Assembly: GCF_000002075.1 (NCBI RefSeq)
Contig: NW_004797490.1
Location: 1,025,013 to 1,089,012 of the forward strand
Reading direction: 5' to 3'
DNA from: Aplysia californica
Taxonomy: Eukaryota
Length of the DNA stretch: 64,000 nt
Part shown: in pieces, positions 1 through 13,067 of the stretch
How positions within the stretch are numbered: the first letter of the stretch is position 1
Layout: the number at the start of each line of letters is the position of its first letter
Notes under the pieces: model-generated
The model's database searches: none
What the model saw: the letters and a program-made list of their open reading frames with translations, nothing else
What the model was told of the DNA's origin: nothing
Position numbers and translations under genes: made by a program

Positions 1-206
1 GAAGATAATGTAGAAGATGTGGATGTACTTGGTAACGCTGCCACCATTTTCCCCCCTCGCTCTACCACAACAACAGATGTCTTGCCCATGCCATCAAGCA
101 GCTTGGCACAGTCTTCTGCATCCAGCACAACTTTTGGGGAGGTCATGCTCATCTTGAGCTTTGCCTCTGTAACCTTCTTGTGATCCTTGTCTACTTTGGT
201 CCTCAT
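1..206 (-). CDS. First coding exon (partial, runs off window) of an unidentified gene: MRTKVDKDHKKVTEAKLKMSMTSPKVVLDAEDCAKLLDGMGKTSVVVVERGGKMVAALPSTSTSSTLS...
   Basis: Open frame from ATG at 206-204 to the window edge with protein-like composition; splice acceptor tcttgctttcAG at 290-289, so the exon is 1-288 with 82 nt of 5' UTR. Not in the ORF track because it has no stop inside the window. Confidence 0.7.
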   Translation of the reverse strand, partial: MRTKVDKDHKKVTEAKLKMSMTSPKVVLDAEDCAKLLDGMGKTSVVVVERGGKMVAALPSTSTSSTLS

Positions 207-1261
207 CTTGGATATTTGTGATCCCAGACGAAATACAACGCATAAACTCTGTAACCGCTACATTCTCTTGTGTTCACAGCCTTGATCACTGAAAGCAAGA
301 TGTGAAAATTTTTTTTTTATGTAGGATTCAATTGTGAGCCCCTGACTAGCATGCCTTTACAGAATTGGACATTTTTTAAAATAAAAAGAGTGTAAAATTT
401 TAAAAAATATTTAAAAAATTTGTTACTTTTCCCTTGATAATAAAAAATAAAATTTGAAAGAAGAACAAGATAAAGATACAGAAACCAGAAAAAAGCCCTC
501 ATACACAGTCTCCAACATGACAAAGTAAAACATCCTATGATAAAACATAATTGCTTGAAAGGCCCTTCTTTCTTAGATCCAGGTCAGGAGTTGCACCCAT
601 CTCTCCTGTCTGAGACTTGCCGGGGTTTGGGAAGACAGATGTTATGTTTTTGGTTTCCATGTGTATTTTGTTTTTGTTCATCTCCAGACAAAGGGAACCA
701 CTTGGAAGCCTATAGCTGATGCCAGGGTTACCCTGGACGAAAATCCCAATTAGATGGCAAGAATTCTTGCCTTCCAACCAAGAATGACCTGAAAGCTAGT
801 TCTATGGACCAGTCATAAGAGATTGAGAGCAGTAGGCCACTATACCCACCTATTTAGACCGAAGTGGCATGGCGGTGAGGGAGGCCTCATCACCTAAGCC
901 ACCGAAAGTGTAACTTGAAGAGGATTTGGGGTCTCTCTTTTGTTGGATCCGACTTTCAGTCAGCATGTCAAAAAAAAACAACCCACGATAGATGGACAGA
1001 AGACATAGCAAGAAAGAAAAAAAGATGCAACCTCTACGTCAGACAGCTAGTGACGTACAAGTGCCATCCCATCAAGGGGGTGTCCTGTTGATGGGACAGC
1101 CAACTATTTTTATTCTATTCCCTGTCAGCTTGGGGAAGGGAGAAAGTAGAAGGAAAAAGAAAGAGGATAAAAGACAGACAATACACCAAAGTATATGTCA
1201 CTCATGTGTACATGAGTGTAGATGTTCATAGACGACATTTCACTATTGAAGGGAATGCACC

Positions 1262-1497
1262 TCCTGCTGGTAGAGCAGCAGATTTATTTATTGGCCCCCA
1301 ACCTACTGAGGGTCGGAATGGATGACCCTGGTTTGAATCCCCAATAAGGCGCTCAGATCGAGGCTGTCTGGAGGAGTTTCAGGCTATCCGCCAATTTGGC
1401 ACAAACCTATTCGGGAATAGACATTAAATTCAGAAGTCTGCCAAATAACCTTACAATGCTGAAAGCGGCATTAAACCTACAAAATGACCAACCACCA
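1262..1497 (+). mobile_element. Degenerate tRNA-derived SINE
   Basis: A-box-like TGGTAGAGC, B-box-like GGTTTGAATCC (1330-1340), 3' end GCTGAAAGCGGCATTAAAC followed by an ACCA-rich tail. Confidence 0.5.
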
Positions 1498-1944
1498 TTT
1501 ATCATCAAGGTAAACACAAAAAAAGGCATTAAATGCTGACTACCTATCTTTAAATAAACTAAGGATTTGGGAGGAAAGTCACATCCAGTCTTACCTCTCG
1601 AGGACTATTTTAAAGCATTTCTTGATTTACAAGAAAAACTTACGCTAAACTTACAAATGCTCACTCTTCTCAAACCCTTTCAAATGTACCTTATAAGGCT
1701 TCAAAAGATTGTTTTCCAGTTATGAAATAGAAAACATCAGAAATTTAAAAAATATATACTTACATTATAAAGTAAAACAAATCAAATATAACAGTTGCCC
1801 TCAACCCATTTCCAAGCTGACACAAGGTCTGCCTATGGCTGCAGAGGAGAAACAGTAAGATCCATTTTTTCACCCATTCCTTTTTGGAGGTCTGCAAAAG
1901 AAAAAAAATGACAGTCAACATAAATTTTTTTAATGTGTAGGTCA

Positions 1945-2256
1945 GTTCACACCTCAGTGTGATCTTGCCTGGGGCAAACATTGTATTGTTATATCGAGTT
2001 ATACTACGCTTATGTGATCATATTCACGAGAGTGGCTGATCTATGACTTGATGGGCAGTTCAGCCATCCAAACCTTTGACTCCTGTTTGATCGGCTGTGC
2101 CTACCCTGGGTTTTGTTCCATAAATTATTAGCTGAAAGGCGGGATCTTAGCCGAATGTAGACCTTCAGAGTGAATCAGAGCGGGATCTTAGGAATGACAT
2201 TTGTCTAGAAAAATTATGTTTTCTAATAACAGTGGGATCTTAGGTGGTGACTACTG
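1945..2256 (-). mobile_element. Partial copy of the Tc1/mariner-type MITE at 10535-11373
   Basis: 2140-2190 is the reverse complement of 10633-10683; ends in GGGATCTTAGGTGGTGACTACTG followed by TA. Left boundary approximate. Confidence 0.75.
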
Positions 2257-4293
2257 TATTATTTCTTTAGTTTAAGGAAATCCAAGTTTCTTTTTAAACT
2301 AGTTTAGCAGTTACCACTGCCGGAAAATGAATCCATTTTCTCTTGCTTTATGCCGTGTTCCACGTACTGATACAGTATGATACACATTGGTACAGGTTAA
2401 TTTGAATAACATGAAGGTCGTGACCTTATATTCGTGTAATGGGCCAACTGATAACGCTAAAGTAATCATCAATTTCCTAAAAATAATATTGAAATGGAAG
2501 ACAAAATACATTTCTCAAAGGCAATACATGTAGGTATAAACAGTGAACTGAAAAGGCCAAACAGACTAAACAAAGCATCTGTGGCATTTTCTAGGATTCA
2601 GAAGATAAAAGGCACAATTTAATTCCTTCAATGCAGCACACAATATAACAAAGTAATCAAACTTTCAGCACTATATTTTTTTTATCAATACATTTTAGTA
2701 ACCTATTCAGGAAAATACCCTAAATTATAGATAGTTAAAGAATGCCTACTGAACCAAACCTGTTCAGAAGGTATTCATATAACGTTCCATCTTCCATCTA
2801 CATCAAAAATGTTAAAAAAGCAGGGGGATGAAAGTAATAGAACTATGGCTATGGATTTGATTGATGGGTAAACTAAAAGAGAGGATGGCATTCTTGATCA
2901 TGGTTAGCGCAGAAACTGAGCCAAGCGTGTGCTGTAGGGACCTGTGACTGCGCCAGTAGCCTCACTTTTTCATTTTCTTTCTCAGGGAGCAAAACCAGGT
3001 CTTGGATTACGGCATATATGGGAAAGGTACATTTTCATTTACAGGACACAGTTACTCTATCAAAAATAAACGAAATAATCGTACAACATGTAAGAAGTAT
3101 GAAGCAAAGATGAAGGCAAGCATTGGGGTTTCTCAGAAGTCAAGTGTAGAAGAAATTTTTGAAGAATCCCCCACACAACAACAATGCCTTAATCATCTAA
3201 TAAACTGATAAAACTCATCATTATACTCTGCCTCCCCATCCCAAAACCTTTAAGAACCCATTGTAACACTACAGTATGGTAGCAGAGTCATTATGTGTTG
3301 TACTTTCAATGCACTGACTTTTAAACTTTATTTATACTAAATTATACTCACCTGTAGCTTACTGTGTAGGCCTAGTTCAGCATAAGACTGATTGATAATG
3401 GTAGTCTTTACTTTATAATTGCACCAGCCAAGGCCTATTTACTTCACGGTCTTCTCTGGTTTTACTGTTATTGTATACAATAAAACAATACTTCGGACAA
3501 AAATGAAACAATAAGTTGCTCTTTTGGCCGTTTTCTGCTAAAATTATTCCCATATCTTGATAACTAGTCTAGACCCAGAGCTACAGGAGGAAGAGAAAGT
3601 ATCAATATTCTCCATTATGATTGCCAGGTTTCCTTGTGAGTTTTGATAACGTGACTACAAACCTAGACATGTTATCAACAAATCCCTTTTCTACAACAAC
3701 AGACAAACGTTTTATTGTCATACATGCATAGGAAAAAACAAGATTCGACGGACACTTTAATATGAGATTTTCCTTATTTTGTTGAGAACAATATCCATAA
3801 CCCTCATCTCATCCGTAACCTACTTTGCACAGAACCTTGCCTTGAGCCTGAGTTGCCTGCCTGCGCAAACTTCGATCACTAACGATCTTGAGTTAAATAC
3901 AGAAAAAATAAAACCCCGATCATTTCGACATCCTGCACATACACATTCCATAGAATCAACCAAATAAAATGAAACATTCCGTGAGCAATAGATGAAATCT
4001 GCAATTACTGGCGAATAATTTAAGTAGGTCATTCTTGTAGAAATTGAGAAGCACAGCGTGTTATCATTCTCTGCAAGGCAGGAACGATCATGGAGTAGTG
4101 GACCCCATCATTTTTGCCTCGGAAAGGCTATGGAATTGCAATTCGTATCCGAAGCAAGCACTGTTTCAGCTGCATAATCGACTAGTTCCTTCCAAATTGA
4201 GAATGCATACATACTTATAGACACAAAACTTACTCATTCATAGCATAAATCATCGAGTAAAAAATAAAAATAAACACTAGATACAACACATAC

Positions 4294-4420
4294 CTCGGCA
4301 CTACAGCATTATCCTAAAAATAGATTGGATCCTGCATAAACTTGATGGCCAGTGTTTGATTGGTCAATTTTGTTCCAACTATGTTGTCTCACTTCCGCTT
4401 TTATCAATGGCGCCAATGCA
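4294..4420. promoter_or_regulatory. Candidate bidirectional promoter and first non-coding exon of the left gene
   Basis: ATTGG at 4324 and 4359, ETS-like ACTTCCG 4391, E2F/YY1-like TGGCGCCA 4408-4415, CCAAT 4413, locally CpG-richer; minus-strand donor AG|GTATG at 4293 and candidate plus-strand donors near 4524 and 5017. Confidence 0.45.
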
Positions 4421-4669
4421 CGAATGATGGCCACAATAACAATAATGTTTTTGTGCGCCTAGTCTGCCCTGTTTCACCCCTGCTCTTACGTCTCACGAAA
4501 GAAAAAAATCATAGATATTTATGGTAAATGTTATTTATCGTTTCTAGCTTTTGAATCCTGTAACAGATTCAATATTTGTTGTGCATAGATTCTAGACCGC
4601 CGGTAAATTCATTCAGCGAAGAAGGCGGGGAGTGCTGCCTCTATTCTCGGCTCTCGGCCCATAAAATGA

Positions 4670-4715
4670 CTAGATTCTAGATATCTAGATATAGATCTAG
4701 ATTATAGATCTAGAC
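4670..4715. repeat. (CTAGAT)n-like palindromic microsatellite
   Basis: ctagattctagatatctagatatagatctagattatagatctagac. Confidence 0.8.
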
Positions 4716-5033
4716 TCTATGAACTCGTAGTATGAGTGTATGATGAATCAAAGAGTGTGTCCTTTTACTTTTGCTTGCATTAACTTTTTAGATGTTAAAT
4801 ACATAGACTAGAAAACTAGATCTAAATCTAGATCACCTAGAGAGTGATGTCTTGTTGTGCCCACATGTGACACTAGCCTTCTAACTCAACTAACTGCTTC
4901 ATCAAAACCTCGAAAGCTTATATTGTCTGATTGTTGATTTCTTCAGCTATAAATCTAGATCTAATTCTAGTCTAGCCTAGCAACGGATAAACTGTTCTTG
5001 ATGTTCGTGCAGCTTGGTAAGGTACAAGGAAGT

Positions 5034-5120
5034 GGTGAGAATAGGCCACCTCTATTCTCACCCGGAGTGAGAATAGTGCAGGCGAGTCTTGTGGCTATTC
5101 TCACCCGGTGCGCGTTCACC
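5034..5120 (-). repeat. Palindromic CCGGGTGAGAATAGCC repeat (probable MITE family)
   Basis: Alternating GAGAATAG/CTATTCTC motifs; related copies at 59161-59256 and 61805-61962, fragments near 5505 and 7947. Confidence 0.6.
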
Positions 5121-5537
5121 AAATTTTGCGTTCAACCTAAACCACAGAATTCTACACTGCGATAACAGAAAAATTGTAGAATTCTGTGCCGTGAACAAAC
5201 GTTCCATTACAATTGTAGCCTACTAAAAGCGTACAATTTTGTCTGTGGGCAGTGGAGAGAGAGAGAAAGAGAGAGGAGTAGCGCGAGAATTTCCGGGCAA
5301 AACAAAATGGCGACCCGCGTAGTTCGGCTCGATTCGAAAAGTTAAATAGCCGTAGCATCTTTGTAGACAACCAAATTAATTTACTTTTGTGTTTTAACAT
5401 CATTTTTTAACTTTGTTTTGGTCAATTTGATCGTCCACACCGATAGACAGTATTCAGAAAGAGAGAGAGAAGAGGGGAGGAGTTGATCTTGCGAGAACTT
5501 CCGGGCGGGTGAGAATAGCCACTTTCGTGAGAATAAC

Positions 5538-5592
5538 CTAGATCTAGATCTAGATTCTAGATCTAGATTCTAGATCTAGACTAGATCTAGAT
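5538..5592. repeat. (CTAGAT)n-like palindromic microsatellite
   Basis: About nine tandem CTAGAT/CTAGATT units; further clusters at 5843-5862 and 5935-6006. Confidence 0.85.
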
Positions 5593-6260
5593 TATGTCTC
5601 GCAAGATTCTCACCCCCTCGTTTAGAAATTACCCTAGAGGGATCAGAGCTGAGGTTACTGAGGTTGAATATTGATGCTCCACAGGATAGACCGAATAGTC
5701 ACACTTTCGTCACAGTCAGTTGGAGCCAAATCCCACAAATTTGGCTCTTTTGGATCGCGCTTGGCCTGGAGAATTTCTTACTCCAAATGTTTTAAAAGAA
5801 GAAGGGGACAGAAGAAGCAAGAAGAAAAAAAAGAATTTATAAATAGATCTAGATCTAGATCTATATATATAATAAAAGAAAAAAAATGAAAATGAAGAAA
5901 TTATAGAGCGTTGATTGCTAATATTATTACTAATCTAGAGAGATCTTGATCTAGATCATCTAGGTCTAATCCAGATATCTAGGACCTAGATTCTAGATTC
6001 TTCTAGTTAACACAATTTAACGCCCTCGCCCATTTGGTCTGAATAAATTTATTTTCAACCCTTCTACCGTCGTGCAAGAGCATAAATTGTCTCGGTTTCG
6101 TTCGTACACGCTTTCTGTTCCTTGAACCGTAATTTATTGTGTGCAGGTAGAGAGGCCTGCCATCGTTAAGTCAAGTGTGTAAACAATGAATGGTCCGGCT
6201 GGCTGCCAGTCCCATATCCCGCGCAGTAGCGTCAGTAGTGAGACATTATTTTTTGGCCAG

Positions 6261-7752
6261 CACTAATTCTCCGAATGTTTGGGAAAATAAAGCTGGGCAC
6301 TATTTCTCCGAACGTTCGGGAAAATAAAGCTGGGCACTATTTCTCCGAACACTCTTAAAATCTCATCCTTTCCCGCAAATTTCAGATATATAGATCTATA
6401 ATTATAGTATAGGCCTACCAAAGATTGTTCGTATACAATATGGTTCAATCAGTCCAAAAAAGTCCGCAGTAAATATTTATATAAAGAAATGCTACAATTC
6501 CAAACATTTTTTCGCTACACAGTACAGATCATGACCTGTTGCGTTGCCTATGAAGGGTGCTGCTCTTAAACGTAATGTGTTGTGTTCACTCGTGTGCTGT
6601 CTAGATCTAGATCTATGGAGGGTTATTTATTGATAACGACACATAGAACTGGCATCTGCGTTTGTCACTGCTGCGACCAATGTACTGACACTGGCATGCC
6701 CCTTAATGTGTGTGATTCCATAAATTTACATGTAATATCCTGTACTTTTTTTTTTTTATTACGCACGTTTAGGGTTAAAACAGCCAATCTTCTTCGGACA
6801 GGTGGACACACGCCCTTATTTGTTAATGTTTGTTGTTGTTTATGGGCTGTTCTAATTTTGATTTATTTCTTTCTGTTGTGAAACCTTTCTTTTTCACGTT
6901 TTTACTCTCATCTAAAAATCTCTAGACTTGCTCTTGAAAATTGAAATAGATATATAGACCCAAAAATGTGCTCCTGTGTGTGTGTGTGTGTGTGTATGTA
7001 AGTGCGTGTGAGTGTGTCTGTGTGTGGTAGTAAGTGGAGAGTGAGGAGTGTGTGTGTGTGTTTGTTTTTCGGGCTTTATTTTAATTCAGCCTTTATTTTA
7101 ATTCAGGCTTTATTCAGTAACAGTTCAAAGTATACAAAAATAGAAACACAGGATCCATTCACTCCAGGGCTCATGAGTCGTTCGTCTCTTTCAGTTTCAC
7201 TCATTCATTCAATTCCCGTGTTCTCTCCCGCGGCTCATCCCTGTCCGCATGACTTTCATACCCCACCCCCTCCCTCCAGGCACACACAAAGAAAATCTCA
7301 CTCATTCCCTTGCACACTGCGAACCATGGACAATAATGTAGGCAAAACCCTGCCTGAGCTGCATTCCTTTCGTTCGTGAGCTGTGGACCAGGCCAGGGGG
7401 GTCGGTGTCGTCGTCTTATAGTTGCTGTCGCCTGTGGATACACTCGCACATTCTTCCTTTCACCCGCTCTTTCACTCACACTGTCTCTCCATCCACATCT
7501 CAGCTCGTCATATGTTCAAAAGTTGCCCACTGGTCATGTTTAGTTAGTGTGTGTACATGTGCATGATGGTGGTGGGTGTTACTGAAGGTTGTCTGTAGGC
7601 GGGCTTGCCATGCGGTGTTCCTTCCCAGACCAGAGGCAGAATGAAAGTTGGCGCAGAACTCTCGCAATAAATAGGCAAAAAATCACGAGGCCGGAAGCCG
7701 TTCGGAGAAATAAAGATCGGCACTATTTCTCTGAACGTTCGGAGAAATAGTC
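6261..7752. mobile_element. Non-autonomous CACTA/EnSpm-like DNA element
   Basis: Left end CACTAATTCTCCGAA, right end TTCGGAGAAATAGTC; subterminal repeats (GGCACTATTTCTCCGAACGTTCGG) at both ends; internal (TG)n at 6975-7060. TSD not resolved. Confidence 0.55.
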
Positions 7753-8074
7753 ACTTCGTTATTTTTTACCTCTGAGAGGCGAAAAATGTTTTTGCATTAA
7801 TTCTGCATCATAATTTTCCATATCCCGACTTTAATTCTGTAAGAGCGCTTCTTCATCTCATGGGATGGAACGCTTGAAGCTGGCCGAACTATTAGGCTAC
7901 ATAGATCTACATTTAAAAAATATAAATCTACATCACTGTCGATGTCCGGGGTGAGAATATAGGTGGCCATGGTAAAAATAATTTTGCAAAATTCAGAATT
8001 ATAGAGTCAACTCAGATCTGCTAGATCTAGAAATATATATATATATGACTTTTGATTTATAAATTGATCTACTG

Positions 8075-8235
8075 CAGAGTTGCCAATTTTCCGGCTAAAG
8101 CCTGAGCCTATGTATTAAATATTTTGCACATATGTTAATATCTTATTTGTTTTTAATTAAATACCGTGCACGGCGCTGAGAATTTTATGCCGAAAAGTTT
8201 TCAGGCTTTTTTGTAAGAGCCTGCTGGCAACCCTG
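8075..8235. mobile_element. Small hAT-like MITE
   Basis: TIR CAGAGTTGCCA / TGGCAACCCTG; no clear TSD. Confidence 0.4.
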
Positions 8236-8240
8236 CTTTT

Positions 8241-8605
8241 GGTACTTACTACCCATTTCGGGACACTAGTTTTGACCCCACTAAATGATTACTTCTCGTT
8301 CTTAACTTTTTGTCGCACGTGCCGATATGGAGAGATTTTATAACCTATCAAACCTATTTTTACAAAACATCAAATTATGGTCAAATTCAGGGAGACATGC
8401 CGCCCTCCCTCCCTCCCCCCTTGTTTCTCGCCCTAAAAAAAAACACCTTGACCTTGCCTTTTTTTAAAACAATTTTACTGCTCCTAGGTTTCTCTGATAA
8501 AACATCAGTACCGAATATTTAAATCAGTATCAATATCCAGTATTCTGTGTTGATGATGCCAAGTTTAAAGAGACAGGACCCACATTCTTAAGTAGGCCTA
8601 GTACC
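8241..8605 (+). mobile_element. MITE with GGTAC...GTACC ends (Merlin- or MULE-like), copy 1
   Basis: Colinear with 61001-61376 (CTAGTTTTGACCCCAC, TCAAATTCAGGG, CCCACATTCTTAAG). Confidence 0.7.
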
Positions 8606-8625
8606 TGATTAGTACAGTAACTTAA

Positions 8626-9302
8626 CTCTTTTCCTACCAGGCCAAAATCCACCACTGGCCCAGGGCTTTTCCCTGACCTTTTTGTACGCCTCTACCCCGC
8701 CAAAGGAAAATGTCAAAACATCCAACAAAACACACACAAACCATATCTTACGGCCCATCAAACTAAAGGTCAAAAAATTATCTATCAGATGGTGATAAAA
8801 TATTGAAGATTTATTCCAATTATATTACTTTGGAGTTTCTAAAAGTGATTATACAATATCGAAGGTGTCGTGTGAAATCAACTATTTTCCAGCTTTGAAA
8901 GGTCGTACTTAAAAAGTACAACAGCATCTTGCAAATTTCCCAGGTAGGTTGCCTGAAGTAATGCGAAGAAATGCTGAAAGTTATGTATGTGTACCTAATA
9001 TAGAAGTGAAAGTATATACTGAAGTCAGGGGAGCGCTTTTTTTTCTCATATTTACGTTTCGAGGGGGACAAAAAAATGCGCTGAAACTGAAATGACTCAA
9101 AATCGTCTGTCAGTGCAATATTTACTTCCGTAGCTGCTAACAGGAAGTTTATTCTATTATTTTGAAAACGTGGATCGGACGAGAATTTTGTATCTTTTCA
9201 TTACTGGATTGGAATAGATAGCGAGCCACTTGAACCGTAATTTGCCGCTCTCTGTCCAGAGGCCAGGTCCGCGAGCTGCAGCGGCTCGTGGTACGGAAAG
9301 TG
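8626..9302 (+). mobile_element. piggyBac-like MITE (TTAA TSD), copy 1
   Basis: TTAA at 8622-8625 and 9303-9306; imperfect TIR CTCTTTTCCTACC / GGTACGGAAAGTG; inverted copy at 50918-51617. Confidence 0.8.
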
Positions 9303-9720
9303 TTAATGTTGGCCTAGTAGGTCTAATACTTAGCCTACTTGTTATCTCAGGCTAACTACAGTCCACTCCACTTGTATCAAAGTAGGTTGTAAAAAAAATC
9401 TTCGGACGAAGCAATCTTTTTCCGTGGGACGGGCACCGATGTTCCGTGGGACGGGCACCGATGTAACACAAACTCAATAAAATTAAAACGGTTGTACCGA
9501 ATTCACTACATCTGTTGGGACGGCTGTAGTGATGTGTATTCTTATCCCCAGCCCATGTAGCTTATATATAGTAAAAATATAACAGTTTTAACAATGTTTC
9601 TCCCCGTGGTAAGTTTTGACCTAGCATTGATGAACGTGATTGTGTCTTGTAACGTTACGCACATTCCCACAATAGTACGAAGCATCAGACATTTAGCGAA
9701 CAATCTCCCACGTGATACTA

Positions 9721-11459
9721 CAGTAGTCTCCGCCTAAACGTACGGTACTCAGGAGGGCTCCTTAGCGTGTGTTTATACGGAGCGTGCGTTTACATGAACT
9801 TTTGCAAAGGGAGGAAGGGACGCATTCATCTCATTGCCTTGATATTCTAGTGACCTCCCTTTGGGGTGGGAGTCACTTTGGGCCCGATAATGTGACGACA
9901 CGTGACTGTTTTGTAAAAGATTCCCCGACTGCGGTTAAGACTGCAAAGGCGTTGAATGGGTGTGTGTATGTGGTGGGGGGGGGGGGGGGGGGAGAAAGAC
10001 AGACTCGATGTAATGAATGCACCATAAAATGTCGGGAACCAATGGCCTAGTGGTGATAGTCATAGAGACGACGGCCCAGCCACGTGGCTTTCCAAGCGAC
10101 CACCCCCGACCGTAAATTCATGAACGAGCATTCATGCGTGTTGCGCATCATAGGCTTAGGTCTAACTAAACATTAGCCAACACGCAGTCACTCAAACACC
10201 AGTTAGAAACCTTCTCAAAGAGATGCATTTTCAGTGACCAATCAAATAACGTTTCAGTCCCCCAACCCCCCCAACATATCTCCAACCTGTCCTAGACCTA
10301 TGATGTGTCTGGAAAGTTGTGTGTGAAAATGCTGTCCATCACTCTCTTTGTTCGGCGTAAGGGGCAGTCTCGCAAAATATCCGTTTTTCTAGGCTTGTCT
10401 TAGGCAAGCTATGCAGATCGTACAATAGTCGTAGTGAAATTTCCCTTAGTCGAGCTTTACCTGTCAGCGTGTTTCGCAGATTGGAACGTGCGTTTAGGGG
10501 GAGTGACCGTGCGTTTGTATGTCTAAATTATATACTGTAGTCTCCGCCTAAGATCCCACCGCTTACGATCCCGGTTCGCTTAAAATCCCGCTGTTTTGTG
10601 AAAACAGAATTTTTACTATACAAAAATCACCCCTAAGATCCCGCTCTGATTCACTCTGAAGGTCTACATTCGGCTAAGATCCCGCATTTCAGATCATAAT
10701 TTGTGGAACAAAAACACGGGTGGGCACAGCTGATCAAACGAGTGAAAAGTTGAGACCAATAAACTGTCCGTCGCGTCAAAGATCAGCCACTATCGTGAAT
10801 GTAATCACGTACACGTTGTAAAACTGGATGAAGCGATACAAATTTTGCCCCCGGCGTGTGAACTGACCGATGCGTTTGTTTTCCCCACGCATCGCACTCA
10901 CACCTGAGCTCTCCCCCTAAACTTACATCCCTCGCTGGGTGGATAGGGCCTACATGTTCGTTCCAGGTGGGATCACATCGAACCGTGATCTCTTCCCTGA
11001 CCATTGCAGTAGGCGTTGATTGCAGCAGTTGTCTCTACTCCCGAATTTGCTAGACAGGCTGAATTTTAATTGGTGTGTTCACAACGTAATGGTGTGTAAC
11101 GCCAACAGGTAAAGGGGAGGGGCAGCTGAATAAGCGTAGATCTTGAGACTCATGATAGGATAATAAGTGAAAAAGGCATGCCTCATGGCACTATGCACTG
11201 TGATAGGCCATCAAGGTTAACCACTCTTTGCTCGCCTTACGTCATAAACCCACCAAGGGGTCACCACGTCAGTTCATTTTAGGGTGGAGGGAGACCATTT
11301 TACCTATCCTGGTTCACCTAAGAACCCGCATTTCCTTGCTCCCGAGCACCGGGATCTTAGGCGGAGACTACTGTAGTAAAAAAACAACATCAAAGGACAA
11401 AAGCGTGCGTTTGAGCGGAGCGTGCTTTTGTATGGCGTATGTTTAGGCGGAGACTACTG
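9721..11459. mobile_element. Tc1/mariner(pogo)-type MITE, outer element
   Basis: TA TSDs; perfect TIR CAGTAGTCTCCGCCTAAAC / GTTTAGGCGGAGACTACTG; subterminal AGCGTGCGTTT repeats. Confidence 0.85.
10535..11373. mobile_element. Tc1/mariner(pogo)-type MITE nested in the previous one
   Basis: TA TSDs; TIR C(T/A)GTAGTCTCCGCCTAAGATCCC; repeated TAAGATCCCG motifs; partial copy at 1945-2256. Confidence 0.85.
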
Positions 11460-13067
11460 TATTGAGAACTTTACATGATAAAGGCCGATGCTCAATATTA
11501 ATTCTATAGTAAGATTGAGTACTGGGGTTATTTCCCTTGAATTTGTCTTCCAATGGCTGTGACGAACTTCGGATGTAGCGATCTTTTTTCTGGTCCCCCA
11601 ACGACATCACTTCATGCATAGTCGACTATTCTCTAAATCTTAGAGGCTTTCAGTGAACTCTTCACACAGTGAAGTCATTGAATCACATAGAGCCGACCTC
11701 CACTCAAGGGATCTCGTCAGCTATATCTATCTCGTCACATATACTCGAACCTGTGAAAAACGTGTGGCTAGTTCACCGTCGTGGATTGACAGGCAAACCC
11801 ATGTCAACCTTTAATTAATAATATTTTTAAAATACAAAACTTGACTTTATTCAATCAAAATCTAAAATTTTCACCTGTCAAGTTGTAGTAGAGAGAGAGA
11901 AGGAGAGGATAGAGGGGTGCGGATACGGAATAGACAGAGCCTCTTGTCGTGGTCTAACTTCCTGTTGGCAAAGGATGCAGATAACAACTTCAATGACTCT
12001 TAAGTGACTGCTGAATCTGTTAAGAGAGGGCTTTTATAAAGTTAGTTGAAGTCGATTTGTGAATAATTTTCTCGGTATTTTCTCCTGCTGAGAACGCATC
12101 ACTGACACATGGTAATCGCTGTTTGCATGACTGTGCTGTGTTAGCAAGAGAGACAGACATTATGATTAAGTAACTCAGCACAGCGGAAATATCTTGCCCT
12201 CCAACCCCAAATGTTGCAGTCCGTTGTTTACGCGGGGGGAGGTGGTGTGACGAGTTCACTGGTATTTGGATAGATGATACCTACTTTTTTCGGTAAACTC
12301 GCCACACGCATTTCAGCTGTGTCGACTTCACAGTATGACGATCATGAGTTCACTGGTTTCCATCTAAGTCTAAGCCATCCTCATTGGAACTGGACTCTAT
12401 TCACAGTCCGCTCCCTCAAATACTTTTACTTTAACATTATAAATTTTAGGATTTTGCTGGAGTGGTTCCGCATTGACATGTTCCACCCTCTTCAAAATTG
12501 ATTGTTATTGATTTAAAATTTAAAACCAGTGGAATCTGCTAAACCGATCATGGTTTTATCCAAATAACAGTGAAAATCAAATTTCAAAATGATTTCAGCT
12601 ACTTGATTATAATTTGATAATTATATTAAAATACTTTTGCTACTTGGCTAACTAACTTAACCTTGGCTATTCTCATTGGACTTGGACTCATTCATTCGCA
12701 GTCCATTCTGTCAGTTACTCACTTTATAAATTTTAGGATTTTGTGGGTGGGAACATTTCCACATCATGTGACGTGTTTCAACATCTTTGAAATTAAGGGC
12801 AGTAAATTTTTACTTTCACTCCTGCACACAGGTACACTGCTTTGGGAGTCAAACTGCAAGTATTGTTTGCTGCCAATTTCTCAAGCCTCTAAAACTGTCG
12901 CAAATCAATTATTTTAAAGAAAATTTCAAACCTAACTGAAAAATATCAAATTAATTTTTAAAAATGAAAAATCAAGTTGAACCCAGAGGCCTTTACTTAA
13001 GGATTTGTAGGCATAAGATATCGGTCTATAACTTCCTTTGATTGTTTTTCTTATCAACTTTTTTCAG

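Noticed and set aside
6281-6349. Short direct repeats (also 9421-9463) as a CRISPR array
   Set aside because: Only two adjacent units, no unique spacers, eukaryotic context; these are subterminal or tandem duplications.
11530-11800. Possible ncRNA or SINE on the minus strand (GGTTCGAGT, CTGACGAG hairpin)
   Set aside because: No second copy, TSD, GAAA core or recognisable RNA family could be established.
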